Made by a program: the position numbers and the translations under genes. Shown piece by piece: positions 32,219 through 42,832 of a stretch of DNA of 64,000 bases (positions are counted from its first letter, which is position 1; every line of letters starts with the position of its first letter). Where the stretch lies: positions 832,001 through 896,000 of the forward strand of contig OY729427.2 of NCBI GenBank assembly GCA_963422375.2. Direction: 5' to 3'. The notes under the pieces are model-generated. The model saw only the letters and a list, made by a program, of their open reading frames with translations, made no database searches and was not told the origin of the DNA. This stretch comes from Bryobacterales bacterium (GTDB taxonomy: Bacteria > Acidobacteriota > Terriglobia > Bryobacterales > UBA6623).

Positions 32219-33957
32219 CTAGCCGTGGAAAAAGCGAATGGAGAGGTCCTCAAAGTTTTCCGTTTCTCGTACTAAATGGATCAGAATTCTGTTTCTGAGA
32301 TTATCTTCTTCTAGGACAACTCTAAGGGGATTTTCAGCCTTCGTAGACTGGAATAATCTTGCTATTGTCAGAACTTCATTTCGACGATAATCCATCTCTA
32401 TCAGATTGCCACTAAGAATATAAACATGCTTCAGATCGCAGGGAAACAGCGTCTCTAAAACGATTAAATCGTGATTCAATAGGGAATTATATATCTGAGT
32501 GACTAGGCAACTTATTTGGCAAATCATCAATCCATAATTTAATTTGATATTTCTTCCGGATATCTGTTGAAAGTCTGTGGAGTTTCTTGATAGAATGGTT
32601 CCAATATAGGAGGTCGTCATTGAAGAATGAGAAGCAGAAAGATCCCGGGAATTGGTTTCGTAAAGGCATCACGTTGATTGAAGTGATCGCCATGTTCCCC
32701 GATGACGAATCCGCGGAAAAGTGGTTCGCCTCCGTGCGCTGGCCGGACGGTCCGGCATGCCCCCGCTGCCGCGGCTCCAGCGTGCAGTCCGGCGCGGCCC
32801 ACCCTTCGATGCCGTACCGTTGCCGCGGTTGCGGCAAGCGCTTTTCCGTGCGCGCCGGCAGCGTGACGGCCGACGCCAAGCTCTGCTACCGCGTCCGGGC
32901 CGTGGCCCTGTTCCTGCTGACCACCGGCCTCAAGGGCGTCTCCAGCATGAAGCTGCACCGCGACCCGGGCATCAGCCGGAAGTCGGCCCGGCACCTGGCG
33001 CACCGCATCCGCGCGTGCCGGGAGCGGGACCGGGACCTGTTCGTCGGCCCGGTGGAAGTGGACGAGACGTACGTCGGCGGCAAGGAGCGCAACAAGCACG
33101 AGAGCAAGAAGGCCCGCGCCGGGCGCGGGACCGTCGGCAAGACCCCCGTGGCGGGCGCGCGGGACCGCGCCACGAACGAAGCGGCCGCCCGGCCGCTGCC
33201 GGGCACGACCGAGGGCGACCTGCAGGGCTTCGCGCGCGGCCGGGTCGCGCCGGGCGCGCAGGTCCGCTCCGACGAGGCGGCGGCCTGCGCCGGCATGGAG
33301 GAGTTCTCGCACGAAGCCGTCAGGCACTCCGGCGGCGAGTACGTGCGCGGGACAGCGCATGCGAACGGCATCGAGTCGTTCCGGTCCCTGTTCAAGCGCG
33401 GCCTCTACGGAACCTATCACCGGATGAGCGTCCGTCATTCGGGCCGCTACCTCACGGAGTTCGCGGGACGGCGCAACGCCCGCAACTGCGACACGGCGGA
33501 ACGGATGCGGCGCATGGCGCGGGGCCCGGTCGGCCGGACGCTGACCTACCGGCAACTGGTCGGCAAGGCCGCGGTCGCGGCCCGAGCACGACCTAGCCGG
33601 TCCGCTGCGGCCTCTCTTCACGCTCGGTGCGAAGGGCGATCCGGATCCGGAATCCCGCGCCGCGACCGGTGTCCAGCCCGGACAATTCCTACCGGCAGCC
33701 GCCTTGGAAGGGGAGCCTCTCCAGTCCGTGCGCCGCGAAATCCGCTGGCCGCCGCGATTCAGATACGAACCGACCCTTCGGTACCCACCTCGGCCGCACA
33801 CCAATGACCCGAGCAAGACGGCGATGTCCCCAATCAGGGCAGTTCTAGCCGGACATGGCGTCGCCGGCACTCAGATATATAATTCCCATTCAATAACCCG
33901 TTGAAGACTGATCCTCCCCGCCTGCTCCGCGCGAGAACGATACTCTTCAGGAGTCAT
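32219..33957 (-). pseudogene. Low-GC hypothetical gene split by IS1595 copy 2 and frameshifted
   Basis: Removing the IS and one TSD joins MTPEEYRSRAEQA../GSVFNG to LLNHDLIVLETLF..ILSGNL..LRVVLEE. ACAGGA precedes the ATG at 33957. Confidence 0.6.
32482..33887 (+). mobile_element. IS1595-family element, copy 2 (complete, 1406 bp)
   Basis: 20-bp TIRs GGGAATTATATATCTGAGTG / CACTCAGATATATAATTCCC; 8-bp TSD ATTCAATA (32474-32481, 33888-33895); degenerate transposase from about 32620. Confidence 0.95.
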
Positions 33958-34016
33958 TCCTGTTAGGCTCGGCTCCGCCACCCACGGATTCATCGGAATC
34001 GCTTAGCGGCCTACAG

Positions 34017-34043
34017 AGGACTCGAGTCACAAGATCGAGTCCT
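34017..34043. terminator. Hairpin downstream of the thiolase gene (possible terminator)
   Basis: AGGACTCGA-N9-TCGAGTCCT inverted repeat; no strong U-tract. Confidence 0.35.
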
Positions 34044-34118
34044 TTAGGCATCGATTCCCAAGCCGCAAGGCCATGTCCGAGTAACCTGCAGGCGTCGTAG
34101 CATCGCCTCCTCGCCGCA

Positions 34119-35300
34119 CTAGTTCGGCCCTACCACCGACACGAAGCTGACGCAGCGACCCGGAGCACCTCCGAGGTTGTGCGTCAGGCCCAAGCTGGGC
34201 GAGGGCACCTGCCGTTTCCCGGCCTCCCCGCGGAACTGCAGCCACATCTCGTACATCATCCGGAGACCGCTGGCCCCGATGGGATGCCCGAAGCTCTTCA
34301 GGCCTCCGTCCGGGTTCACCGGCTGGGCCCCTCCGATCTCGAACCGCCCGTCGAGCGTGTCCCGCCAAGCTTTGCCACGCCGCGAGAACCCCAGATCCTC
34401 CATCAGCACCAGCTCTGTCGGCGTGAAGCAGTCATGCACCTCCGCGAGGGAGATCTCCTCGCGCGGCTCGCGAACGCCTGCCTGCGCGTAGGCGTCCGCG
34501 GCGCTCGCCACCACCTCGGGAAAGGTGGTGTAGTCGTAGTCCTGGCGCTTCGCGCCGTCGGCTGGCCCGGCGATGAACGACAGGGCCTTGACGAGCAGCG
34601 GGGTGTCCGTGTACTTGTGGGCGTCCTCGCTGCGGCACAGGATGGCCGCCGCGGCACCGTCGCTGACCCCCGAGCAGTCGAACACGCCGAGCATGCCCGC
34701 GACCCTAGGCGCGCCCTCGATCTTCTCCGGGGAGACGGCCCGCCGGAACTGGGCCTTCGGGTTCAGCGCCCCGTTCGCGTGGTTCTTGCAGGCGATGCGG
34801 GTCAGCGCCGCACGCAGAGTCTGCCCCTCCAGACCGTACTTCTTCGCGTAGGCGGGAGCGAGCAAGGAGAAGGTCGCCGGCGCGGTCATCGACGACTGCG
34901 TCCCGTCGGTCGGAATCCCCCCTCCGGTCGCGAGACCGGAATAGCCGGAATCCTTCAGCTTCTCCACGCCGATCGCCATCACTAGGTCGTAGGCCCCGCA
35001 GCACACCGCGTAGGCAGCGTTGCGCAAGGCCTCGCTGCCGGTGGCGCAGAAGTTCTCGACGCGGGTGACGGGCCTGTAGCCCGTCTTCAGCGGCTCGGAC
35101 AGCATCAGGCCCGAAAGCCCGCTCGCCAGGGTGCCCATCCAATAGGCGTCGATCACCTCGCGGTCCACGCGGGCCGACGCGCATGCCTCCAGCGCCGCTT
35201 CGACGAGCAAGTCGCTCGCCCCGCGGTCCCAGTGCTCCCCGAAACGCGTGCAACCCATCCCCACGATCGCTACGCGGTCTCGAATTCCCCTGCTGGCCAT
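34119..35300 (-). CDS. Thiolase-family acyltransferase (SCP2/PhlC-like)
   Basis: VENFCATG (catalytic Cys), HDCF, GHPIGASG, HNLGG. Confidence 0.92.
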   Translation of the reverse strand: MASRGIRDRVAIVGMGCTRFGEHWDRGASDLLVEAALEACASARVDREVIDAYWMGTLASGLSGLMLSEPLKTGYRPVTRVENFCATGSEALRNAAYAVCCGAYDLVMAIGVEKLKDSGYSGLATGGGIPTDGTQSSMTAPATFSLLAPAYAKKYGLEGQTLRAALTRIACKNHANGALNPKAQFRRAVSPEKIEGAPRVAGMLGVFDCSGVSDGAAAAILCRSEDAHKYTDTPLLVKALSFIAGPADGAKRQDYDYTTFPEVVASAADAYAQAGVREPREEISLAEVHDCFTPTELVLMEDLGFSRRGKAWRDTLDGRFEIGGAQPVNPDGGLKSFGHPIGASGLRMMYEMWLQFRGEAGKRQVPSPSLGLTHNLGGAPGRCVSFVSVVGPN

Positions 35301-35326
35301 TGCACCCCCTGCGACCGCGATCAATC

Positions 35327-36715
35327 TTAGCGCCTGGGGCGGGCTTTCCAGAAATAGTTCCGCACGCCGTCCGACGTATAGAGTCGACGGAACGTCATCT
35401 CCAGGGACTGTCCGATTTCCACCGCGCCCGGGTCGACGTCCGCGAGCTCGCACGCGAACCGGCCTCCCTGGTCGAAGTCGACCACCGCGGCGACGACCGG
35501 CTGCTGCAGCGAGTACGCAAGGTGGTCGATCGTGTAGGTCGCGACCTTGGCGGTGGCATCGGCGTAGGGAGCCGGGTCCATCTCGTCGATCGCGGCGCAC
35601 TGCACGCAGACCTGCTGCGGCGGCAGGTTCACCGCGCCGCAGGCCCGGCAACGCGACCCGACGAAAGCGTACTTCCAGCGCTCGGCGCGCCGCATCGGCG
35701 GCGCGGCCGGCCGCGGGGGATCAGGGCGCCGCGGCGGCTCGAACGGCAGGATGCCCCGCCACTTCAAATAGGTCTCGTAAGGCAGGCCCGGCCGCTTGGA
35801 TCCGACCCAGTCGGCTACCCGGCGCGCAGGCCGCGCCCGCCCGATGCGACCGGTGGCTTCGAGCACGAGCGCCTCGGCGCCGTCGGCGGCGCACAGCACG
35901 GCAAGGCGGTCGCCCGGCGAGGCCGCGTCCAGCATGCTCGCCAGCAGGAGACCCGCGTGGGCAGCTCCGGACCGTCCGACGGTGGCCGACAGGTCGTCCG
36001 CGACCTGCCCCGGACCGAGACCCGCCGCCCTAGCAAGCGACGCCACGACCCTAGGATGGGACGTGTCCACGGCCACCCTCGACAAGTCGGACACGCCCAG
36101 TCCAGCCTGCCGCAGGGCCTCGGCAAGCACGGCCTCCAGGGCCGGCACGAGACGCTGCTGGACGAACCGCTCCTCCCAGTGCCGCGCAAATGGCTGCTCC
36201 GGCCCGCGCCACACGTCGAGAATCTCCTCTGTGCGAGAGGCCGCGCCAAGGATTTCGGCACCGGCGTCCGCGCCCTCCCCGATCACGAAGGCGGACGCGG
36301 CGTCGCCCCCAGCGGACTCCCGGGGACCCATCGGAGCGCCGACTACTACGTCGGCCGCGCAGACCAGCAGCGGCCCGGCACCGCTAGCCTGAAACGCGAG
36401 GCCGAGAGCCGCGAGACCGGACCGGCTCGATCCGCCCACGTCGACGGCCCGGATCTCCGGCGGCAGGGCGGTGGCGGCATGCACGGCCGCGGCATTCAGC
36501 TTCTCGGCGTACGGATGCGACGTGGATGCAAACAGCAGCGCCAGAGGCCCGAGGCTAGCGCCTTTGAGAGCCTCTCGAGCCGCCTCGACAGCCAGCGACG
36601 TGGCGTCCTCGTCGTAGCTCGCGACAGCCCGCTCGCCGCGCCCGCGACCGGCCAGCCCACAACGGCTCAACCGGCAGTACGGAACGTACGTCCCGTAACG
36701 CAGCACACCTGGCAC
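35327..36715 (-). CDS. HMG-CoA-synthase-like domain fused to a DUF35 Zn-ribbon/OB-fold domain
   Basis: ERAVASYDEDATSLAVEAA, GGDAASAF; C-terminal CRACG..PP..VCVQC and FRRL..NYFWKARP. Confidence 0.88.
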   Translation of the reverse strand: MPGVLRYGTYVPYCRLSRCGLAGRGRGERAVASYDEDATSLAVEAAREALKGASLGPLALLFASTSHPYAEKLNAAAVHAATALPPEIRAVDVGGSSRSGLAALGLAFQASGAGPLLVCAADVVVGAPMGPRESAGGDAASAFVIGEGADAGAEILGAASRTEEILDVWRGPEQPFARHWEERFVQQRLVPALEAVLAEALRQAGLGVSDLSRVAVDTSHPRVVASLARAAGLGPGQVADDLSATVGRSGAAHAGLLLASMLDAASPGDRLAVLCAADGAEALVLEATGRIGRARPARRVADWVGSKRPGLPYETYLKWRGILPFEPPRRPDPPRPAAPPMRRAERWKYAFVGSRCRACGAVNLPPQQVCVQCAAIDEMDPAPYADATAKVATYTIDHLAYSLQQPVVAAVVDFDQGGRFACELADVDPGAVEIGQSLEMTFRRLYTSDGVRNYFWKARPRR

Positions 36716-36747
36716 GAACGGGGTATTCTCCCATGGACCGCAAGCGC

Positions 36748-37362
36748 CTACCGAGCCAGGAACTCGAAGCTCACGTCACCCACCGTCGCGACCATCCGCC
36801 CCCTCCCGAGCTGCCGGCCCGCGGTCGGGAAGAACAGGGCCCCGTCGGCCGACTCGCCGGGCTGGACGCTGCCGCTGACGAATGTGATGGCCGCAGCGGC
36901 GGCGGAGGCCTTCAGGCCCTTGGGACCGAACGCCAGAGCCGAGAGCCGCCGTTTCTCGTAGCTGTTGTTCGGGCGAATGAACTGGTTGTTGTAGAGGGCC
37001 TTCTCGTAGGCTGTCTGCAGCTTCAGCAGCTCCGACCGGCCGGCGGTGCGGAAAAACTCGCCGATCACGCGCTGCTCGGAGACGGCCCGCACGACCGTGC
37101 CGTCGCTGTATTCGAACGCGAAACTGGACGAGTCCACGTGCCACGGCTGGCGGCTGCCGTTACTCACCGCGACATGCATGACCGCGTAGCGGCTGGTCTT
37201 CAGCGGCATGGGGGCGCACATCAGCGTCAGGCCCTCCCGGGTGAGCACCTGATAGCTCATCCCGTTCGCCTCGAACTCGATGACCTGTGCCCGGGCCGCC
37301 GCGGCGAGCGCCACGAGGGCGGCCGCGAGTACACTCCGCCGCGCTGCTCGCAGGCGTCGCAT
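36748..37362 (-). CDS. Secreted hypothetical protein
   Basis: Signal peptide (ARA-Q), host codon usage. Confidence 0.72.
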   Translation of the reverse strand: MRRLRAARRSVLAAALVALAAAARAQVIEFEANGMSYQVLTREGLTLMCAPMPLKTSRYAVMHVAVSNGSRQPWHVDSSSFAFEYSDGTVVRAVSEQRVIGEFFRTAGRSELLKLQTAYEKALYNNQFIRPNNSYEKRRLSALAFGPKGLKASAAAAAITFVSGSVQPGESADGALFFPTAGRQLGRGRMVATVGDVSFEFLAR

Positions 37363-37408
37363 GTTTTGCCTTATGATACAGAAAGCGTTCGACGTCTTTG
37401 GTTAGCTA

Positions 37409-40066
37409 ATGAAACCCCTGACAGGGCTTCCCGTGGACTGCTTCGTGCAGGTATCGCAGGAATGCGACATCCCACTCAAGGACCTTCTGGAGCTGGTGCG
37501 GCAGGTCGAGAACGGCACCTCGGTGGCGTTTCTCGCTAGGTACCGGGCAGATTTGTGCGGAGGTTTGGACGAGGAGAGCGTTCACGGAGCCCTGCGACGG
37601 ATCAGGGAGCGCCAAGACCTGATCGACCACCGGATCTCGATGCTGACGACCTTGGGGCAGCGGGGGGTGCTCACGCCCGCGCTCAGAAAGCAGTTGGAAG
37701 AGGCCTCCGACCGACGCGAGCTCAACGACGTCTTCGCGCCCTACCGCGCACGCAAGCGCGACGAGGCCGACGCGGCGATCGAGAACGGCATGGATCCGCT
37801 CGCTCGCGCGCTGTGGGCCCAGCAGGACGGGGTCGACCTCTTGGAAGAGGCGGCCACGCACTTGGCGCCCGAGAGAGGCATCGACGCAGCCGAGACGGCG
37901 CTCGAGGGCGCTTACGCGATCGCCTCGCGCTGGCTGGGGGAGAAGCCCGAGATCCTGCGGGAGCTGCGCAAGCTCTGTCGGCGGGACTGTGAGCTAGTGG
38001 TGTCAACCCTGCCGGTCGCTCGCAACGACCCTCGCTCCCAAGCCTTGGACGGTTTCCGGGCCAAGGTCGCCGAGGTCGACTGGCACAAGCGGCTGTCCAT
38101 CCGGCGAGGCATCCGCACGGGCGTCCTGGAGGCTCGCACGGAGTTCCCGGTCGAGACCGCTGCACGCTATCTCGAGCGGTGCCTGATCGTGGACGAGGAA
38201 TCCAAGTACGCGCCGCACCTCAAGAAGGTCGTCGCCAAGACACTGGAGAACGGCCTCTTGGAGCGAATCAAAGGCGACGTTCTCCGTCAGATCGACGACC
38301 AGGCCGACGCCGAGGCCGTTGGATCGTACTGCAAGGCGCTGCGCGAGGCTCTTCTCGGCCCCGTAGCCCACGGGCTGAACATCATCGGCGTCGAGACGGG
38401 GCGGCCGGGAGGCTGGCGGGCCGCCTTGATAGACGGCGACGGAGCTCTGGTCGACTACGCGATCGTGCGTCAAGACGACTCTCGCGGCGGGTCGGGGCGG
38501 CAAGGCCGCGCCGCGAGGCGAGCGGATCTGCCCGTCGCGGTGCCGCTCCGCACCGGCCCGCCCGTGGGCGCGCCGCCTCCGCTCCCGAGCGCTGCCGACC
38601 AAGAGGCGGCACCGGAACCGGAGCAGCCGGCGAGTCAGCCTGCCGCCAAGGCGGAAGGCAACGAGACCGCCCCAGAGGGAGCGGCGCCAGAGTCGGAACC
38701 CGCGCCGAAGGAAGGGATCCAAGGCGACCCCAAGCCCCCGAAGCGGGCCCCTCGGGCACAGCAGGCCCGGGTCGCAGAGCTCAGCGAGATCCTCACCGCG
38801 CACGACGTCGACCTGATCGTCTTCCCTGCCGGGCCGCGCCATAGGGACACAGAGAGATTCCTCCGCGCGCAAATCCGCGATTCGGGCAAGACAGAGACAG
38901 CTTGGCTTGCGATGCGCGACAAGGGCACTTGGATATTCGCCACGTCGAAAACCGCCAAGCGCGAATTCCCCCGCCTCGACCCAGCGTTTCGCAGCGCGAT
39001 CAGCCTCGCTCGCAGGGTTCAGGATCCCATGGCGGAACTGGTCAAGGCCGACCCAAGGACCGTGGGCATCGGGAACAATCACCACGAAGTGGACGGGGAG
39101 CGGCTGCGCCGGGCCTTGGGCCTATCTATGGAGCGGGCGGTCCATGACGCCGGGGTGGACGTGAACCGCGCGCACTCGGACCTTCTGGCGCTGGTACCGG
39201 GCATCACTCCGAGGCTCGCGCGGCGGGTGGTGGAGCACCGCAGGGAGCACGGGCCGTTCCGGTCACGCGCGAGCCTGCTCGAGGTCGACGGCCTCGGCGA
39301 GCAGGCCTTTGCCCAAGCTGTGGGCTTCCTGCGGGTGTACGGCGGCGACCCGCTAGACGCCACAGGGGCGCATCCCGAATACCATGCACTGCACGAGCAG
39401 CTCGCCGAGACGGCCGGCTGCGACCTTGCAACCCTGCTGGCCGAGCCCGAGCGACTCGACGCGATCAATGCCGAGGAACTCGCGACACAGGAACGGTCGG
39501 TGGTATTCGTGCAGGCGACCATGGAGGAGCTCAAGCCGTCTCGCAGGCGAGTCCGGGGCAAGTTCCAGCTGCCGACACCGGTCGTGCCGCTCCGGCCGGA
39601 CGAAGAGCTGCGCCCGGGGGCCAAGGTGTCCGGCGTCGTAGCCAGCGTGGCCGACTTTGGCGTCTTCATCGACATCGGCGGCGACCAAGACGGGCTGCTG
39701 CACGTCTCGCAGATCGACCGGGACCGTGTGAAGGACTCGAAACCGGACTTCAATGTCGGCGACTCGGTCGAGGTCTACATCAAGGCCTCCGACCGCAACA
39801 GCAGGCGCATCCTGCTCTCGACGTGGGGCCCGCGCGAGCGACCGCCGCGCGACAGGGACCGCGGCGGCCCGCCCTCCCGGTTCGGCGACAGGCCGGGCGA
39901 CGGCCGACGACGACGCGGGGGGCCTGACCGAGGCGACCGTCGCCGACCGTACAGCCGAACATTCGGGCCCGACACCGAGGAGAGCCGGTCGCGGGGCAGC
40001 CAATCCAGGATGAGCTTGGAAGAGAAGCTGGACCGGCTAAAGGACCAGTACCGGACCAAGGTCTAG
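37409..40066 (+). CDS. tex: Tex-like transcription accessory protein (YqgF, HhH and S1 domains)
   Basis: FLARYR..GGLDE, AISLARRVQDPMAELVK, GVDVN, HhH (GPFRSR), LDATGAHPEY, S1 (FGVFIDIG..DGLLHVSQI). Confidence 0.9.
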   Translation: MKPLTGLPVDCFVQVSQECDIPLKDLLELVRQVENGTSVAFLARYRADLCGGLDEESVHGALRRIRERQDLIDHRISMLTTLGQRGVLTPALRKQLEEASDRRELNDVFAPYRARKRDEADAAIENGMDPLARALWAQQDGVDLLEEAATHLAPERGIDAAETALEGAYAIASRWLGEKPEILRELRKLCRRDCELVVSTLPVARNDPRSQALDGFRAKVAEVDWHKRLSIRRGIRTGVLEARTEFPVETAARYLERCLIVDEESKYAPHLKKVVAKTLENGLLERIKGDVLRQIDDQADAEAVGSYCKALREALLGPVAHGLNIIGVETGRPGGWRAALIDGDGALVDYAIVRQDDSRGGSGRQGRAARRADLPVAVPLRTGPPVGAPPPLPSAADQEAAPEPEQPASQPAAKAEGNETAPEGAAPESEPAPKEGIQGDPKPPKRAPRAQQARVAELSEILTAHDVDLIVFPAGPRHRDTERFLRAQIRDSGKTETAWLAMRDKGTWIFATSKTAKREFPRLDPAFRSAISLARRVQDPMAELVKADPRTVGIGNNHHEVDGERLRRALGLSMERAVHDAGVDVNRAHSDLLALVPGITPRLARRVVEHRREHGPFRSRASLLEVDGLGEQAFAQAVGFLRVYGGDPLDATGAHPEYHALHEQLAETAGCDLATLLAEPERLDAINAEELATQERSVVFVQATMEELKPSRRRVRGKFQLPTPVVPLRPDEELRPGAKVSGVVASVADFGVFIDIGGDQDGLLHVSQIDRDRVKDSKPDFNVGDSVEVYIKASDRNSRRILLSTWGPRERPPRDRDRGGPPSRFGDRPGDGRRRRGGPDRGDRRRPYSRTFGPDTEESRSRGSQSRMSLEEKLDRLKDQYRTKV

Positions 40067-40068
40067 GC

Positions 40069-40743
40069 GTGGGGCGCGGGCGCGCCGCGGGGGACAGTCC
40101 CGGCTGGTCCTTGGAGCTCGCCGCGAGGGCGTCCGGATTCAGTCGCATTGCGGGCGTAGACGAAGTCGGCCGCGGATGCCTCTTCGGCCCGGTCTTCGCG
40201 GCGGCCGCGGTCTTGGACAGCTCAGCTCCCCTGCCCGGTTTGGACGACAGCAAGCGGCTCGGACCGCGCCAGCGGAGCGAGCTCGACCGGCAGATCCGCG
40301 AGACGGCCGTCGCGTTCGCCGTAGCAGCTGCGGACGCCGCAACGATCGACCTGCTCAACATCTTGCAGGCATCCAAACTGGCGATGCGGCTCGCCGTGGG
40401 CAAGCTCACCCCGGCCCCGGACTTCCTGCTGCTCGACGCCGTGGCCATTGACGTGGCGGTTCCGCAGCGGGCGATCATCCGAGGAGACAGGAAGAGCTGT
40501 TCGATCGCTGCGGCCTCGATCCTCGCGAAGGTCGCCCGGGACCGTTGCATGCTCGCTTGGGATGCCGTCTATCCGCAGTACGGCCTGCGGTCGCACAAGG
40601 GCTATCCAGTGGCAGCGCACCTCGAGGCCATGCGCAAGCACGGCTGCACGCCGCAGCACCGCCGCAGTTTCGCGCCAGTGGCGCGACTTACCAGTGACCT
40701 GCCGCCCATGCTGGCGGCCGGACATCCGCACCCGAGCGACTGA
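40069..40743 (+). CDS. rnhB: Ribonuclease HII
   Basis: AGVDEVGRGCLFGPV, DSKRL, NILQAS, IAAASILAKVARD, HKGY. Confidence 0.95.
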   Translation: MGRGRAAGDSPGWSLELAARASGFSRIAGVDEVGRGCLFGPVFAAAAVLDSSAPLPGLDDSKRLGPRQRSELDRQIRETAVAFAVAAADAATIDLLNILQASKLAMRLAVGKLTPAPDFLLLDAVAIDVAVPQRAIIRGDRKSCSIAAASILAKVARDRCMLAWDAVYPQYGLRSHKGYPVAAHLEAMRKHGCTPQHRRSFAPVARLTSDLPPMLAAGHPHPSD

Positions 40744-40906
40744 CGTCGCGTCGAGGGCAGTAGCAGACGACGGAAGCAGGCCCGGGGCGGACGCGCCAAG
40801 GGAGTCACTCTGCCGGGAGCGGACGCATCAACTCGGCCGGGAGCGACCGATCACGGCAGCGATGCTAGCCTCCGCTTGTAGGACGAATCGCATTCCTGCT
40901 AGCCGA

Positions 40907-40969
40907 GGGAATTATATATCTGAGTGCCGATAACGCCATATCCGGCTAGAACTGCTCTGATCGGGGAGG
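40907..40969 (-). mobile_element. Isolated right-end stub of the IS1595 element
   Basis: GGGAATTATATATCTGAGTGCCG..CCGGCTAGAACTGCTCTGAT matches the reverse complement of about 1347-1407. Confidence 0.88.
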
Positions 40970-42394
40970 CAGCGGTTCTAAATTTAGCCGTCAAGGGGAT
41001 GCGTGAACGTTGTTTCGGAGGATGGAGGATGAGGTGAATAAGTTGACCGAGAGGTTGCGCTCCCGAGGCCGCCCGCGGGAGCGTCGGACGGCGGGCAGGG
41101 CCGTGGCGCGGCCCGCGTCGCGGGTCCGCGGAGTGCCGAGCCCGCGGCCGGACGCACTCCGGCGGTAGCCGGCTGCGACGGTCGGCCGCCCGCCGGACGC
41201 TGCCGGCACGAAACTGCACGGAGTCCAGGCCCCGGCCGCCCGGCCGCCTGGCAGCCCGGAGGCGCGCGTCCGTCGCGCACCGCCGCCAGCAGCGCCGGCC
41301 GGTCCGGGAAGCGGAGCCAGCGCAGCGCGACCTGCAGCTCCCGGAACAGGGCGCGGCGCGTGACCAGCTGGCGCCGGCACTGCCGCCGCAGCGCGCAGAC
41401 GCACTGCACCACGGCGTGGAGCGCGAAGGCGAACGGGTTCGGCACGGCCGGCACGTTGGCCAGCCCTTCCTTGCCGTGCCCGAAGTTGCGCTTGCAGTTG
41501 CGGCCGTGCCGCGCCAGGCAGTTGAAGCCCTCGTTCTCGATCTTCCAGCGCGCCCGGCCGGCCCGCGCGATCCGCTCCGCGTTGTCCGCGGTGACCGCGA
41601 GACCGGTGAAGAAGCTGTTGGCGCAGGTGCGCTTGCCGTCGCGCTCCACGGCGTACTCGAGCCAAGTGCCCCGCAGGGCGTCGCGGCCCTGGCGCAGGGG
41701 CGCCGCGGCCGTCCGGCGGAAACGGTGCCGCTCGGACCGCTTGCCCTTCCCGCGCCGCGGCAGCCAGCCGGTCGAGCGCACCGCGCCGCTCGCCCGCCGG
41801 CTCTCCGGCACCTCGTGCAAGTGCTTGCGGGATCCGGGCTTGCCTACCCGGATGCAGTCCATGCCGGCCGCCGCGGCGGCCTCGCAGAGCGGCTGGCAGC
41901 AGTACAGGTCGTCGCCCGGCAGGACGGGGCGGCAGGACGGACCACTCGCCGTCCAAAGCCGCGAGCAGGCGCTGGAAGGGCGCGAGCGCGCCCTGCGCGG
42001 CCACGGTTTGCAGGCCCGGCCGGAACAGCGAGCCGCACGCGGCCGGGTCGAGGCGGTCGAGCAAGTTGCGGATCCGGTTGTCGCAGGGGATGCGGCCCAC
42101 GCCGAGCAGGGTCGGGCAGTTGGAGCGGGAGCCGTCCCGCTCTATGCGCCGCTGGAACTGGAGGAACGACTCGCACCGGGGGCAGAAGCAGGCCGGGGCG
42201 CAACCGGCGGCGTCCCTGACCGCGTAGCGCGTGTTGCGACGCGCGCGACGGTCGCGCAGGCCGGCGGCCGTCCCGCGGAAGGCGCTCGGGAGCGAGTCCA
42301 GGACATGGGGCATACATCCTGACTCACGAGATCCGCGAGCGAAAGTCACTCGGACACTCTGGAAATCCCAAGATTCCCGAATTGAGGATCGCTG
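40970..42394 (-). mobile_element. ISNCY-family element, internally deleted
   Basis: TIRs CAGCGGTTCTAAATTT / AATTGAGGATCGCTG; near-identical to 52896-54601 but lacks about 290 bp after ALDG; no TSD. Confidence 0.92.
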
Positions 42395-42832
42395 CCGAAT
42401 GCCCATCCCAGTAGGGCCCCTAAGCGTAGCCCAGATCGACGGGCACCGCCTTGGCGGCAAGGCTCGCCCATGACCTTGGGTGGAGGCGCAACTAGTCGCC
42501 ACTGCCGTTGGCATTACGGTGCGAGCTGCCCGGGTTTCACGCCCATTGGATCCCCGCTCCTCTCAACGGAGAGGCATCGGATGCAGCAGGCCCCGAGGGC
42601 CCCGGCCCGCCGCAAGGCACCGAGCCCCCATCGGGTCGCATCTCGCCTCGGCCACGCTAGGACGATTCTCCGACAGGGCGTCAAGACGCAAGCGACACTC
42701 GCTCAGCAGGGTTGCACGGTAACCAGTCAAGCTGCGAGCCCGGGCCGCTCCCGGTCCGAACGAATCCCCCTTCAGCCATACTGGCGGGTTGGCGCCCGGC
42801 GTGCCTGCCGCCTGCGCGTAAACTGGGACCAC

